64,000 nucleotides of DNA from Candidatus Bathyarchaeum sp. (GCA_026014495.1 JAOZIF010000157.1:2363-66362); one strand, 5' to 3'; positions 37,201-46,422 are shown, numbered from the stretch's first letter. Program-made: numbers and translations. The notes: generated by a model not told the origin, from the sequence alone.

Positions 37201-37650
37201 TATAGCGGCGTTTCTGGAGAAAAGTTTGTTGCCGACATTTTCATGGGTGTTGTATACTATCAGAAGCTTCATCACATGGTTGCAGACAAGATTCACGCGA
37301 GGGCTCGAGGACAAGTTCAGATGTTAACCCGTCAACCCACAGAGGGTCGTGCTCGTGGTGGTGGTTTGCGGTTCGGTGAGATGGAACGAGACTGCCTTAT
37401 TGGTCACGGAGCTGCGATGGTGCTAAGAGACAGGCTGCTGGAAGAGTCTGATAAGTATCTGTTGTATGTGTGCGAAAACTGTGGTTTCGTATCCTATTAC
37501 GACATTAAACAGCGTAAGTACACCTGCAGAATCTGTGAAGATAAAGCTCAGATATCGCCTGTAGTTGTGTCATATGCCTTCAAGCTTCTTCTACAAGAAA
37601 TGATGAGTTTGTGTATAACGCCTCGTCTAAAACTGAAGGAGAGAGCATAA
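34285..37650 (+). CDS. rpoB: DNA-directed RNA polymerase subunit B (unsplit)
   Basis: GLVRQHLDSYNKFI N-terminus, GDKFASRHGQKGV, and C-terminal Zn ribbon CENCG..CRIC. TTG start with GGGAGGA about 12 nt upstream. Confidence 0.95.
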   Translation: MVISQDDLLTLQKSFFKQKGLVRQHLDSYNKFIDTGLQEVIDETGEINIEIPEMPYKIKLGQLWIIDPHSKISRPYKTEVDGTKHEIFPMEARFRSLTYAAPLALEMTPVIDGREQEPELVLIGDLPVMLKSKLCILSQLTDEELIEYGEDPHDPGGYFLINGSERVIVAMEDLVPNRVLVDIDTRGTKPVYQAKIFSTTVGFRARIQLRMKSDGGLFVSIPGVPTEAPFVILMRALGIESDKDIAETVSPNPVVQNELEASFEKAAGFDTIPDALMYIGNRVAHGQVEEYRNQKARSIIDRNFLPHIGRTEENRLEKALFLGEMASRVIELKLGLRTPDDKDHFKNKRLKLGGPLLADLFRIAFRNLCRDIKYQLERMGVKRQLITISAAVRPGIVTDRHRHALATGNWGRGRVGITQLLDRTNTVSTLSHLRRLQSPLSRSQPNFEARDLHPTHWGRLCPNETPEGSNCGLVKNLSLAAAISVFVDPTNIKQVIYPLDVVPVEETDVELRASSSKVFVNGSIMGYCSTPQKLVNEIRKKRRNGEISTEVNVAYFVKGHEGGSDEVYISCGQGRVRRPLIIVENGVPKLKPEHVEKIRSGEWVWEDLIQKGILEYIDAEEEENIYVAIDFDHITPEHTHVEIATYTILGICASIIPYPEHNQSPRNSYEAAMSKQALGINLTNFPNRVDSRSHILHYPQTPLVKTKPMEIIGYDRRPSGQNCIVAVLSFEGYNMEDAIIFNKASIERGLVRSTFYRIYDAECRQYLGGLRDRFLVPEPGIRGYRGEQYYRLLEPDGIVSLESEVAGGDVLIGRTSPPRFLEEYKEFEVKGPTMRDTSVDVRSSEAGVVDDIFITETGEGSKIVKVRVRDQRIPELGDKFASRHGQKGVIGMIVPQEDMPFSPKGIVPDLIINPHAMPSRMTIGQFLESMAGKVASARGRPVDGTPFTNEGPEQLKAELVKLGFSNTGREILYSGVSGEKFVADIFMGVVYYQKLHHMVADKIHARARGQVQMLTRQPTEGRARGGGLRFGEMERDCLIGHGAAMVLRDRLLEESDKYLLYVCENCGFVSYYDIKQRKYTCRICEDKAQISPVVVSYAFKLLLQEMMSLCITPRLKLKERA

Positions 37651-37651
37651 A

Positions 37652-40600
37652 ATGTCAGAAGATATTATTAACAAAGTTATAGACGAACTTTATTTCGGGC
37701 TTTTCTCCCCTCAAGACATCCGTAGACAATCAGTTGCTGAGATACAGACAGCCGACACATATGACGAGGACGGAGCTCCAATAACCTCTGGACTCATGGA
37801 TGGCAGGTTAGGAACTCTTGAGCCCAGACAAAGATGCAAAACATGTGGAAACACCGCTATACGGTGTCCTGGACACTTTGGTCACATAGAACTTGCAGTT
37901 CCAATTATTCACATTGAGTTCACAAAGATAATTCATAACCTTCTTCAGGCTACGTGCAGAAACTGTGGACGAATTCTGCTTCCTGAAAGCCGTGTTGAAA
38001 AAATTAAGGAAATGATTAAGAAAACAATGAATCTGTTGGGTGAAGTTCCAGGAGACATTTACAAGAAGATAGTGAAGGAAGCAAGAAAGAAGGATTGTCC
38101 TTACTGTGGAGCTCAGCAATCAAAGATAGAGTTTGCGAAACCCACAACCTTTTACGAAGTTCTCGAGGAAGGCGCTCAAAGGTTAACACAGAGCATGATT
38201 CGAGAAAGGCTTGAACGTATACCTGACGAAGACCTTGAATTGTTCGGATTTAACCCTGCAACTGCTCGACCCGAATGGATGATTCTGCAGGTTCTTCCAG
38301 TTCCTCCCGTTTATGTTCGACCTTCAATTACCTTAGAGTCAGGAATCCGTTCTGAAGACGATTTAACTCACAAACTTGTTGACATAATTCGAATCAATCA
38401 GCGGTTACGTGAAAACATGGAGGCAGGTGCCCCGACGCTTATTATCCAAGACTTGTCTGAGTTGCTTCAGTATCACGCTACGACTTATTTCAATAACGAG
38501 GCTTCAGGGATTCCTCCTGCACGGCACCGTTCTGGAAGAGCTCTTAAAACAATCTCTCAGCGTCTAAAAGGAAAAGAGGGACGTTTCAGAAGCAACCTCT
38601 CTGGAAAACGTGTAGACTTTTCTGCGCGTACAGTTGTTTCACCTGACCCAAACCTTGACCTAAACGAGGTAGGTGTTCCACTGCATATTGCCATTAGGCT
38701 TTCAATGCCCGAAAAGGTTACTGTGTGGAACATCGAAGAGATGCGACAATTAATCATTAACGGTCCTGAACAATTCCCTGGTGCCCTTTATGTTGTGAGA
38801 CCTGACGGAAAGCGTGTTAGGCTAGAGTTTGTTGTTGAACGCGAAAAAGTTGCAGAATCTTTGGAAACTGGCTTTATTGTTGAGCGCCACCTCATGGATG
38901 GTGACATTGCAATCTTTAACAGGCAGCCCTCGCTTCACAGAATGTCAATTATGGCTCACTATGTGCGGGTTTTGCCGCATAAGACTTTCCGATTACATCT
39001 GTGTGTTTGTCCGCCTTACAACGCCGACTTTGATGGAGACGAAATGAACCTTCACGTTCCTCAGGGCGAAGAAGCTCAAACTGAAGCACGTCTTTTGATG
39101 CAGGTCCAAGACCAGATACTTTCACCAAGATTTGGAGGACCAATTATCGGCGCTATCAGAGACTACATCACAGCGTCTTACATTTTCACCAGAAAAGCTA
39201 ACGTTCTAACTAAAGAAGAGGTTTGCAGGCTACTTGTATCTGCTGGCTTTGATGGACCTTTACCTGAACCTGCAATAAAAGAGCCAAAGCCTCTTTGGAC
39301 TGGAAAGCAAATCTTTAGTCTGTTCCTTCCAAAGGACCTTAACTATGTTCTAAAGTCCACTGTCTGCCGTAATTGTACAACCTGTCTTGGCGAAAAATGT
39401 CCTAACGACGCTTACGTGGTTGTTAAGAATGGGGTTCTAAAATGTGGTCTAATTGACAGACGCTCCATCGGCGCTGAGCAGTCGGAGAGTCTGCTTCATC
39501 GGATAATCAAAGATTATGGGTCACAGACTGGAAGAAAGTTTCTTAACAACGTTTGTCAGCTTCTCAAAGTTTTCGTGAGCTTGCGAGGTTTCACTTTCTC
39601 ATATGACGAGCTTGAACTGTCTGATGCAGCCCAAAAGAAAATCAGACGAAACATGAACATAATCGAGAAACGCATCGAAAAACTGATTGCTGATTATCGT
39701 GCTGGTACATTGCCTCGTCTTCCTGGCCAGACTCTTAACGAATCCTTTGAGCTCTATGTCATGAATGAACTTGCTGACGCCCGAGACAAAGCTGGCAAAG
39801 TTGCAGACGAAGACTTTGAGCTTGAGAACTCTGGAATAATCATGACTCGTACTGGAGCGCGTGGTTCTAACCTTAACATCGGTCAGATGGCAGCTTGTGT
39901 AGGTCAGCAGGCTGTACGAGGAAAACGTATCATGCGTGGTTACGTTAATCGTGCACTGTCCCACTTTAAAGAGGGCGATCCTACGCCTCGGGCTAGAGGG
40001 TTTGTGTATAACTCATATCAAACTGGTTTAGACCCAATCGAGTACTTCTTCCATGCTATGGGTGGACGTGAGGGTCTGGTAGACACTGCGGTTAGGACTC
40101 AGCAGAGCGGTTACATGCAGAGGCGTTTGATTAACGCGCTTGAGCAGCTTAGAGTTGAGTATGACGGAACTGTGCGCAATTCTACTGGTGACATTATACA
40201 GCTTACCTATGGAGAAGACGGTGTTGATCCAGCTAAGAGTGATCATGGATTGGCAGTTAACGTCAGCCGTATTGTTGATCAGGTACACATTATGGTTGAT
40301 GAAGAAAAGCCTGCTTCGAAAGAGTATGTCATGGATCAGCTTAGCACAGTTGAAGATCAGTTGACTCCGATTCTTGTTAAAGAACTCAAGTCTGAGTTAG
40401 CAAAGGCAAAGTTTGGTAAAAACGGTGTTGACCGTGCTATCGGTTTGACTTTGGAGAACTATAAGCGTGCGTTGGTTGAGCCTGGAGAAGCTGTGGGTAT
40501 TGTGGCTGCTCAGTCTATTGGTGAGCCTGGTACTCAGATGACTCTTAGGACTTTCCACTATGCGGGTGTGCGAGAGCAGAACGTTACTCTTGGTTTGCCT

Positions 40601-41470
40601 AGGCTTATCGAGATTGTTGATGCTCGGCGAAGCCCGTCGACTCCTATCATGACTATCTATCTTGACAAAGAACATCGGAAGAGCAAAGAAAAAGCTACAG
40701 AAATCGCTCGTGACATAATTACTACAACCTTGGCGGACATATCCGAGACTGAGCCTTACATAGACCCTGAGCTTGAAGCAGCTGTTGTTACGCTTGATTT
40801 GGATATGATGAACGAACGTGGGGTCGTTGCTGAGCAGTTGCCTAGTCTGATAAAGATGAATAACTATGATTTGAGTGTTGAAGGCGACCAATTGACTGTT
40901 AAGCCTAAAAAACAGGTGGACATGAAGAAGCTCTTGGCAAATCTTCCATCTGAACATGTTAAAGGTGTGCCTGGTATCCGCAGAGTTCTTGTCACGGAAG
41001 AGACTGGCGAGTGGGTTATCCGAACAGATGGCTCTAACTTGTCTGCTGTTCTTGATGTTTCAGGTATAGACCCGACGCGGACAACAACCAATAATGTTCA
41101 TGAAATCGCTGAAACTCTTGGTATAGAAGCTGCCCGTAACTCCTTGATGAAAGAAGCCATGGGCGTTCTTGAGGAGCAGGGTCTTGACGTTGACATAAGG
41201 CATGTTATGTTGATGGCAGACATTATGACTTCGACGGGTGATGTTCGGCAGATTGGACGACACGGAATCAGCGGTAAAAAGTCAAGTGTGTTGGCTAGGG
41301 CGGCGTTTGAGATTACGGTTCCTAACCTAGTTGATGCTGCTATCCGCGGAGAGAGCGATCCATTGAAGGGTGTAACCGAAAACGTTATAGTTGGGCAATC
41401 TATACCCATCGGCACAGGACTCGTTGACCTTTACATGACAACCAGCAATAATAGAGAGAAGAAAGAATGA
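37652..41470 (+). CDS. rpoA: DNA-directed RNA polymerase subunit A, A' and A'' parts fused in one ORF
   Basis: Zn sites CKTCGN..CPGHFGH and catalytic NADFDGDEMN (A' part). EPGEAVGIVAAQSIGEPGTQMTLRTFHYAGV (A'' part) is in the same uninterrupted 1272-codon frame. Confidence 0.95.
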   Translation: MSEDIINKVIDELYFGLFSPQDIRRQSVAEIQTADTYDEDGAPITSGLMDGRLGTLEPRQRCKTCGNTAIRCPGHFGHIELAVPIIHIEFTKIIHNLLQATCRNCGRILLPESRVEKIKEMIKKTMNLLGEVPGDIYKKIVKEARKKDCPYCGAQQSKIEFAKPTTFYEVLEEGAQRLTQSMIRERLERIPDEDLELFGFNPATARPEWMILQVLPVPPVYVRPSITLESGIRSEDDLTHKLVDIIRINQRLRENMEAGAPTLIIQDLSELLQYHATTYFNNEASGIPPARHRSGRALKTISQRLKGKEGRFRSNLSGKRVDFSARTVVSPDPNLDLNEVGVPLHIAIRLSMPEKVTVWNIEEMRQLIINGPEQFPGALYVVRPDGKRVRLEFVVEREKVAESLETGFIVERHLMDGDIAIFNRQPSLHRMSIMAHYVRVLPHKTFRLHLCVCPPYNADFDGDEMNLHVPQGEEAQTEARLLMQVQDQILSPRFGGPIIGAIRDYITASYIFTRKANVLTKEEVCRLLVSAGFDGPLPEPAIKEPKPLWTGKQIFSLFLPKDLNYVLKSTVCRNCTTCLGEKCPNDAYVVVKNGVLKCGLIDRRSIGAEQSESLLHRIIKDYGSQTGRKFLNNVCQLLKVFVSLRGFTFSYDELELSDAAQKKIRRNMNIIEKRIEKLIADYRAGTLPRLPGQTLNESFELYVMNELADARDKAGKVADEDFELENSGIIMTRTGARGSNLNIGQMAACVGQQAVRGKRIMRGYVNRALSHFKEGDPTPRARGFVYNSYQTGLDPIEYFFHAMGGREGLVDTAVRTQQSGYMQRRLINALEQLRVEYDGTVRNSTGDIIQLTYGEDGVDPAKSDHGLAVNVSRIVDQVHIMVDEEKPASKEYVMDQLSTVEDQLTPILVKELKSELAKAKFGKNGVDRAIGLTLENYKRALVEPGEAVGIVAAQSIGEPGTQMTLRTFHYAGVREQNVTLGLPRLIEIVDARRSPSTPIMTIYLDKEHRKSKEKATEIARDIITTTLADISETEPYIDPELEAAVVTLDLDMMNERGVVAEQLPSLIKMNNYDLSVEGDQLTVKPKKQVDMKKLLANLPSEHVKGVPGIRRVLVTEETGEWVIRTDGSNLSAVLDVSGIDPTRTTTNNVHEIAETLGIEAARNSLMKEAMGVLEEQGLDVDIRHVMLMADIMTSTGDVRQIGRHGISGKKSSVLARAAFEITVPNLVDAAIRGESDPLKGVTENVIVGQSIPIGTGLVDLYMTTSNNREKKE

Positions 41471-41772
41471 TAGACGTCAACAAAGCAATAACAACAACCG
41501 CGAAAACCGGAAAAATCCAGATTGGAGCAAGTAGTGCACTAAAGAGCGCTAAAACTAAGAAGGCTAAGCTGATTTTGCTTGCTTCAAACTGTCCCCAGAC
41601 TGTTAAAGCAGATATTGAGTATTATTGTAAGCTTTCCGAGATTCCGGTGAGCGTTTACAAGGGCGACAGTTCTGATTTGGGGGCATTGTGCGGAAAACCA
41701 TTCAATGTTTCGGTTTTGAGCATAAGGGAACCTGGAGACTCGAACATTCTTAAGATCACTGAGGAGGAATAA
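41467..41772 (+). CDS. rpl30e: Ribosomal protein L30e
   Basis: 101 aa in the conserved position after rpoA. KSAKTKKAKLILLASNCP...GALCGKPF pattern. ATGA overlap with rpoA. Confidence 0.85.
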   Translation: MIDVNKAITTTAKTGKIQIGASSALKSAKTKKAKLILLASNCPQTVKADIEYYCKLSEIPVSVYKGDSSDLGALCGKPFNVSVLSIREPGDSNILKITEEE

Positions 41773-41774
41773 GT

Positions 41775-42212
41775 ATGGCTACTGGAATAAAGCTGACAAG
41801 CGTAGAGATGCGTTACATTGCCCTGTTTCAGAGCGTAACTGGTGCGACAGTGAAAGACTGCATCGTTGACGAGGACCTCAATCGAATAATTTTTGTTGTG
41901 AAAGAAGGCTCCATCGGGATGGCTATTGGCAAGAAAGGCAAAAATATCCATCAGTTAGAGAAGATGACCAGCAAAAAGCATGAAGTTATTGAGCACTCGG
42001 AGAATCCTGCCCAGTTCATCAAGAATGCGCTAAAACCCGCTAAGGTGGATGAGGTGCGCATTACTGAGCGGATGGATGGCAAGACGATTGCAGTTATTTC
42101 TGTTAATCCTAAAGACAAGGGTGTTGCCATCGGTAAGAACGGCAGAAACGCTGAGCGAATCCGTTTTCTTGCAAAACGGTACTTCGACATACAGAACGTT
42201 AGCATAACTTAG
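41775..42212 (+). CDS. nusA: Archaeal NusA-like protein (two KH domains)
   Basis: Two GxxG KH loops (IGKKGKNI, IGKNGRNA). Conserved position after rpl30e. Confidence 0.85.
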   Translation: MATGIKLTSVEMRYIALFQSVTGATVKDCIVDEDLNRIIFVVKEGSIGMAIGKKGKNIHQLEKMTSKKHEVIEHSENPAQFIKNALKPAKVDEVRITERMDGKTIAVISVNPKDKGVAIGKNGRNAERIRFLAKRYFDIQNVSIT

Positions 42213-42215
42213 CAG

Positions 42216-42221
42216 TTTTTT
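42216..42221 (+). terminator. Oligo-T tract directly after nusA (archaeal-type terminator candidate)
   Basis: TTTTTT begins 4 nt after the nusA stop. Confidence 0.35.
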
Positions 42222-42301
42222 AGCTAAACAGGTGTGTGTTTTGTTTCTCTCACTTTGTTGTTAGTGGATAATAGGCTCGTAGAATGTTGAGGTTTGGTTT
42301 T

Positions 42302-42349
42302 GTCAAGAAACCTTGACTACCTGTATCATTTAGTTGGTCAAGAAACCTT
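42302..42349 (+). repeat. Two copies of GTCAAGAAACCTT upstream of the surface-protein gene
   Basis: Exact 13-mers at 42302-42314 and 42337-42349. The first extends into the palindrome GTCAAG-AAAC-CTTGAC. Confidence 0.5.
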
Positions 42350-42394
42350 TACAAAAACCCTTTTTTGCAATTTTTTTGATTACAATGAATTGTT

Positions 42395-44254
42395 ATGCAC
42401 TATGGTCTAAGAAAAACTGTTGTAACTGCTGGTTTGTTTTTTGTTCTTTTTGTTATGTTAGTTGTTTTTCCAGCTGTTAAAGTTGAAGCGGAGCCTACTA
42501 CAATTGTTGTTCCTGACGATTATTCTACGATTCAAGCCGCGATTAATGCAGCCTCTGACGGTGACACTGTGTATGTTGATGGTGGTATTTACAACGAGCA
42601 TGTGGTTGTCAACAAGTCTATTTTGTTAATTGGAAAAAACAAGAAGACAACAATCATTTCCTGCACCGATAATGCGCATCCTACGGTTCTTGTGCACAAA
42701 GACGGAGTAACTCTTACGGGTTTTACGATAAAAAACATTGCAGCCAACGTTTCTGAGAGTCGTGGCAGGCTTGCGTGTTTGCATCTGCTTCATGTTAATC
42801 AATGTAGTGTGTACGAAAACATAGTTTCTGATGGCGGATACGGCATTTGGCTGTATGGTTCCAACTACAACAGCGTGTACGACAATCTTGTGTCAAACGT
42901 TAATCATGGAATTATGGTTGAATCCTCTTGGGACAACACTATTCTTCGAAACACCGCCTCAGACTCGTGGACTGGAATTTGGATAGACCACGCGTCAGGC
43001 AACATTCTTAGGGATAATAACATGGTGAATAATCTTCGTAACTTGGCAGTTACAGGCACAGAGTTGACGCACTACTCTAACGACATAGACGCATCAAACC
43101 GTGTTAACGACAAAATAGTATACTATCTTATCAACCAACAGAATCTAGAGATTAGCCCTTCGTCTTTTCCAGATTTGGGGTTCTTGGCTCTCATAAGCTG
43201 CACCGAAATAACAGTCAAAAACTTGAACATAGCCAACAACTACTACGGAGTGCTTTTGTTTGATACTTTAAACTCAACCATTACACAAAACAAAATCTCA
43301 GAAACTACGCGAGGAATATGTGCCCAGTACTCCTTCGACCTTGTTATTTCCGAAAACAGCTTATCCGTACACACTGATGATGGCGTTTGTATTGAAAACT
43401 CGCAAAGAATACGTGTAGAATCAAACACCATACAGAACGGCGGACTTAGCGGCGTATACCTTGAGTCGTCAAACAACGTTACTGTTGTTGAAAACGTGCT
43501 GAAACAAAACCTCAATTATGGAATCCACCTTGAACAGTCCTCTGGTAACGCCCTTATTGGCAACAAAATCGTTAACAGCGTATGGGGCATCTCGCTCAGG
43601 TACTCTTCGCGTAATATGATTGATTACAACGACATAACCCGAAGTAAACTGGAGCCTCCACCATGGACATACAGTCTTCAAGGCATCTCCATTGCTCTGT
43701 ACTCTAACAACTGCAGCATAATTGGAAACATCATCACGAATCAGGCAGAATACGGCATCAGCATACAATCAGCGTCCTACGCTTTTATTAGCCAAAATAA
43801 CATCACCGAAAACAACTCAGGACTCCAATTTGAAGGCACCTCTGATAACACAGTTATTGGAAACACCATCAGCGAATCCAACAAACTTGCAATTTATCTT
43901 TCAAACTCTAACAACAGCATCTTTTCCAGCAACAACTTCATCAACAACGCTCAACAAATTGAAGACCACTACTGGAGTGTTAATTGGATGTCAGGTCCTT
44001 CAGTGAGCATTTGGGACAATGGAACTGCAGGCAACTACTGGAGCGACTACAACGGCGTTGACAGTAACGGCGACGGAATCGGAGACACCCCATATGTTAT
44101 TGCCGAAAACAACCAAGACAACAAACCACTCATGCAGCCCGTAGACATAGCAACAATCCCAGAGTTTTCATCATGGACACATCTGCTGGTTTTACTAGTT
44201 GCTGTCATGGCTGCAATAATATTTTGTAAACAAAAAATGCAGACAACTCCCTAA
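42395..44254 (+). CDS. Secreted right-handed beta-helix (PbH1/NosD-like) repeat protein with PEF-CTERM-type anchor
   Basis: Signal peptide ending VKVEA. Many about 22-aa N/G/I-rich repeats (e.g. NxISxNxxYGIxL). The C-terminus IPEFSSWTHLLVLLVAVMAAIIFCKQK reads as PEF, then a TM helix, then basic residues. Confidence 0.7.
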   Translation: MHYGLRKTVVTAGLFFVLFVMLVVFPAVKVEAEPTTIVVPDDYSTIQAAINAASDGDTVYVDGGIYNEHVVVNKSILLIGKNKKTTIISCTDNAHPTVLVHKDGVTLTGFTIKNIAANVSESRGRLACLHLLHVNQCSVYENIVSDGGYGIWLYGSNYNSVYDNLVSNVNHGIMVESSWDNTILRNTASDSWTGIWIDHASGNILRDNNMVNNLRNLAVTGTELTHYSNDIDASNRVNDKIVYYLINQQNLEISPSSFPDLGFLALISCTEITVKNLNIANNYYGVLLFDTLNSTITQNKISETTRGICAQYSFDLVISENSLSVHTDDGVCIENSQRIRVESNTIQNGGLSGVYLESSNNVTVVENVLKQNLNYGIHLEQSSGNALIGNKIVNSVWGISLRYSSRNMIDYNDITRSKLEPPPWTYSLQGISIALYSNNCSIIGNIITNQAEYGISIQSASYAFISQNNITENNSGLQFEGTSDNTVIGNTISESNKLAIYLSNSNNSIFSSNNFINNAQQIEDHYWSVNWMSGPSVSIWDNGTAGNYWSDYNGVDSNGDGIGDTPYVIAENNQDNKPLMQPVDIATIPEFSSWTHLLVLLVAVMAAIIFCKQKMQTTP

Positions 44255-44344
44255 AATTCATGCCCTATCTTAATTATCCACTGTTATTCACTGTCCATTT
44301 AATCCACAAAACAGATAATAACATCAAACATCAATTGTGCTGGT

Positions 44345-44842
44345 ATGTCAAATCGTTTTCTTGAAGAATTTGAACTTCGCCAAGAACTACAAAAATACCA
44401 AAAAGCAATACAACTAGACCCAAACAATGCTGGTCCATTCAACGGAATGGCTGACGCTTACTTGGGCTTAGGAACTTTCGATAAAGCTATCGAATATTAT
44501 CAAAAGACAATAAAATTAGACCCAAACCAAGCTGGGCCCTTCAACGGCATCGGAGGCGCTTATTTTGGATTAGGCGATTTTGATAAGGCAATCGAGTATT
44601 ACAAAAAGGCAATAAAAATAGATCCAAACAACGCTTCAAGTTGGTACTTTTTGGGGTCAACATATTTGGCTCTAGAGCAATATGAAGACGCTTTGACTGT
44701 TTTTAAAGACGCACTCAAGATACACAACGAGAATCCATTTATGTTGAATGGGGTAGCTTTGTCGCGCTATAAATTAAAAAAATCCAGTAAACCCGTAACT
44801 AGATTAAATCCCGTGAATGTAAAAAAGAACTTCAGACTGTGA
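44345..44842 (+). CDS. TPR repeat protein
   Basis: Three near-identical 34-aa units (LDPNNAGPFNGMADAYLGLGTFDKAIEYYQKTIK / LDPNQAGPFNGIGGAYFGLGDFDKAIEYYKKAIK / IDPNNASSWYFLG...). Confidence 0.75.
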   Translation: MSNRFLEEFELRQELQKYQKAIQLDPNNAGPFNGMADAYLGLGTFDKAIEYYQKTIKLDPNQAGPFNGIGGAYFGLGDFDKAIEYYKKAIKIDPNNASSWYFLGSTYLALEQYEDALTVFKDALKIHNENPFMLNGVALSRYKLKKSSKPVTRLNPVNVKKNFRL

Positions 44843-45017
44843 ACTGCCAAAAATTAGTGCAACCCTTAGAATGCGCACTAAATAGCCAGCATCATCTTGG
44901 AAGATGACTTCTATTAGGAGACTAATAGTAGTTCATTGTTGAAAACAGCCTTTTTTCTGAAATATTTTTGAGTAAAAATTACTAATACTACTTCTAATTC
45001 ATTTACTGACGTTTCAA

Positions 45018-45470
45018 TTGAACGATAAAAACGAACTTGAAGCTTTCAGTGAACTAAAGGGAAACACACTGTTTGTGTATTTGTATCTAGTTAGAAACCC
45101 GAATCCTGTAGGGGCTAGAGAACTTCAAAGAAACCTTAACTTTTCAAGTCCAACTTTGGCTGTGTATCATTTAGAAAAACTTTGCACTTTAGACCTAGTC
45201 CATAAAAACCAAGATGGGTATGTGTTGGCTAAAGAAGTTAAGATAGGAGCTCTTTCTCAAGTCGTCAAATTTGGCTCATTTATTCTTCCACGCTATATTT
45301 TCTACACTGCATTTTTCTCGATTCTCCTGTTCTGCTACGTTGTCTTCTTGCTGGTTTCCAACTCCTTAGAATTTAATATCCACATCAGTTACGCAATTCT
45401 ACTTAGCCTAACAATAATTTCGGTCATGATTTACGAGTGCATCCGCATATGGAAACAAAGACCAATTTAA
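45018..45470 (+). CDS. Winged-helix domain fused to two C-terminal TM segments
   Basis: LFVYLYLVRNPNPVGARELQRNLNFSSPTLAVYHLEKLCTLDLV (wHTH-like), followed by YIFYTAFFSILLFCYVVFLLV and ILLSLTIISVMIY. Confidence 0.5.
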   Translation: MNDKNELEAFSELKGNTLFVYLYLVRNPNPVGARELQRNLNFSSPTLAVYHLEKLCTLDLVHKNQDGYVLAKEVKIGALSQVVKFGSFILPRYIFYTAFFSILLFCYVVFLLVSNSLEFNIHISYAILLSLTIISVMIYECIRIWKQRPI

Positions 45471-45546
45471 CTCTGTACAACAAACTTGTACACCTGTACA
45501 AAAGAATTGTATTATATTGCACACAAAACCGTAGTTAAAATGTGGC

Positions 45547-46401
45547 TTGAACTCGATGGCATCAATCGACACAAAAACGGTTTTAAAAAACGTAATTATC
45601 GGCTTGTTGACCGCATGGCTGTTCTTTTCCATGCTCACACTCACTTATTCTTGGATAAAGCTCCTGCTTGCTTCTTTAATCCTAGTCAGTGGCGTACTTT
45701 GGTTGGTGTCTCATGGAAACCTCAAAAAAGCCTTGAAATATTTGGTGCTTTCTTTAATGGTTTTTGGCATTTGCTTCACATCGTTTGAAAGACAAGTTTT
45801 CTCAGATGCTGGGCATCCTTCAACGTACGACGCTTCTACACCCGACATTACTCTCTCTTACCCAAAAATACTAACTGTGTCGTTAACTGAGATAGTTCAA
45901 GGAATCAAAGAAACCCCCGCCTTCAATCTTTTCAGCTTGGAACATTCTGGCGACGTAACCCTCGAATCTGTAGAACTAAGCACAACATACCCAGATGGAA
46001 GAATCGAAGTCAATTTTTACACTGAAACATCAAGCATGGGTATCCGATTCACATCAAGTGCAGGTCACCACTACATCACTAGTGTTAGGCATTGGATTGG
46101 ACCGCCAAGTTCTCAGTTATATTATCAAAAGCAAACTCCTGAAGAAACACTCAAACAGTTCGATAATCTGGGACTCCAATGGCTCTATGACCAAGCCTGT
46201 GAACAATACCAAAACAGAACCGGAACAAGCCCCACTGTAACCAGTCTAGATGTAAGTACTCAATGGCAAGAATATGGCGAATACCGCGGCATGACACTAC
46301 TACTAAGTGGATGGCAACAAGTAAACAACGACCCCGAAGACCTTTTCCATGCTGAATTCCAACCAGACGGAACCTTACTCTATATTAGCATACCCCACTG
46401 A
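45547..46401 (+). CDS. Membrane-anchored hypothetical protein with extracytoplasmic domain
   Basis: Three N-terminal hydrophobic segments, then a polar 190-aa region. No motif. Confidence 0.45.
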   Translation: MNSMASIDTKTVLKNVIIGLLTAWLFFSMLTLTYSWIKLLLASLILVSGVLWLVSHGNLKKALKYLVLSLMVFGICFTSFERQVFSDAGHPSTYDASTPDITLSYPKILTVSLTEIVQGIKETPAFNLFSLEHSGDVTLESVELSTTYPDGRIEVNFYTETSSMGIRFTSSAGHHYITSVRHWIGPPSSQLYYQKQTPEETLKQFDNLGLQWLYDQACEQYQNRTGTSPTVTSLDVSTQWQEYGEYRGMTLLLSGWQQVNNDPEDLFHAEFQPDGTLLYISIPH

Positions 46402-46422
46402 TTCCCAAAAACCAAGAAACCT

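Noticed and set aside
40397-41415. Several 67-186-aa minus-strand ORFs inside rpoA
   Set aside because: Antisense to an essential, motif-rich gene. Low-complexity translations.
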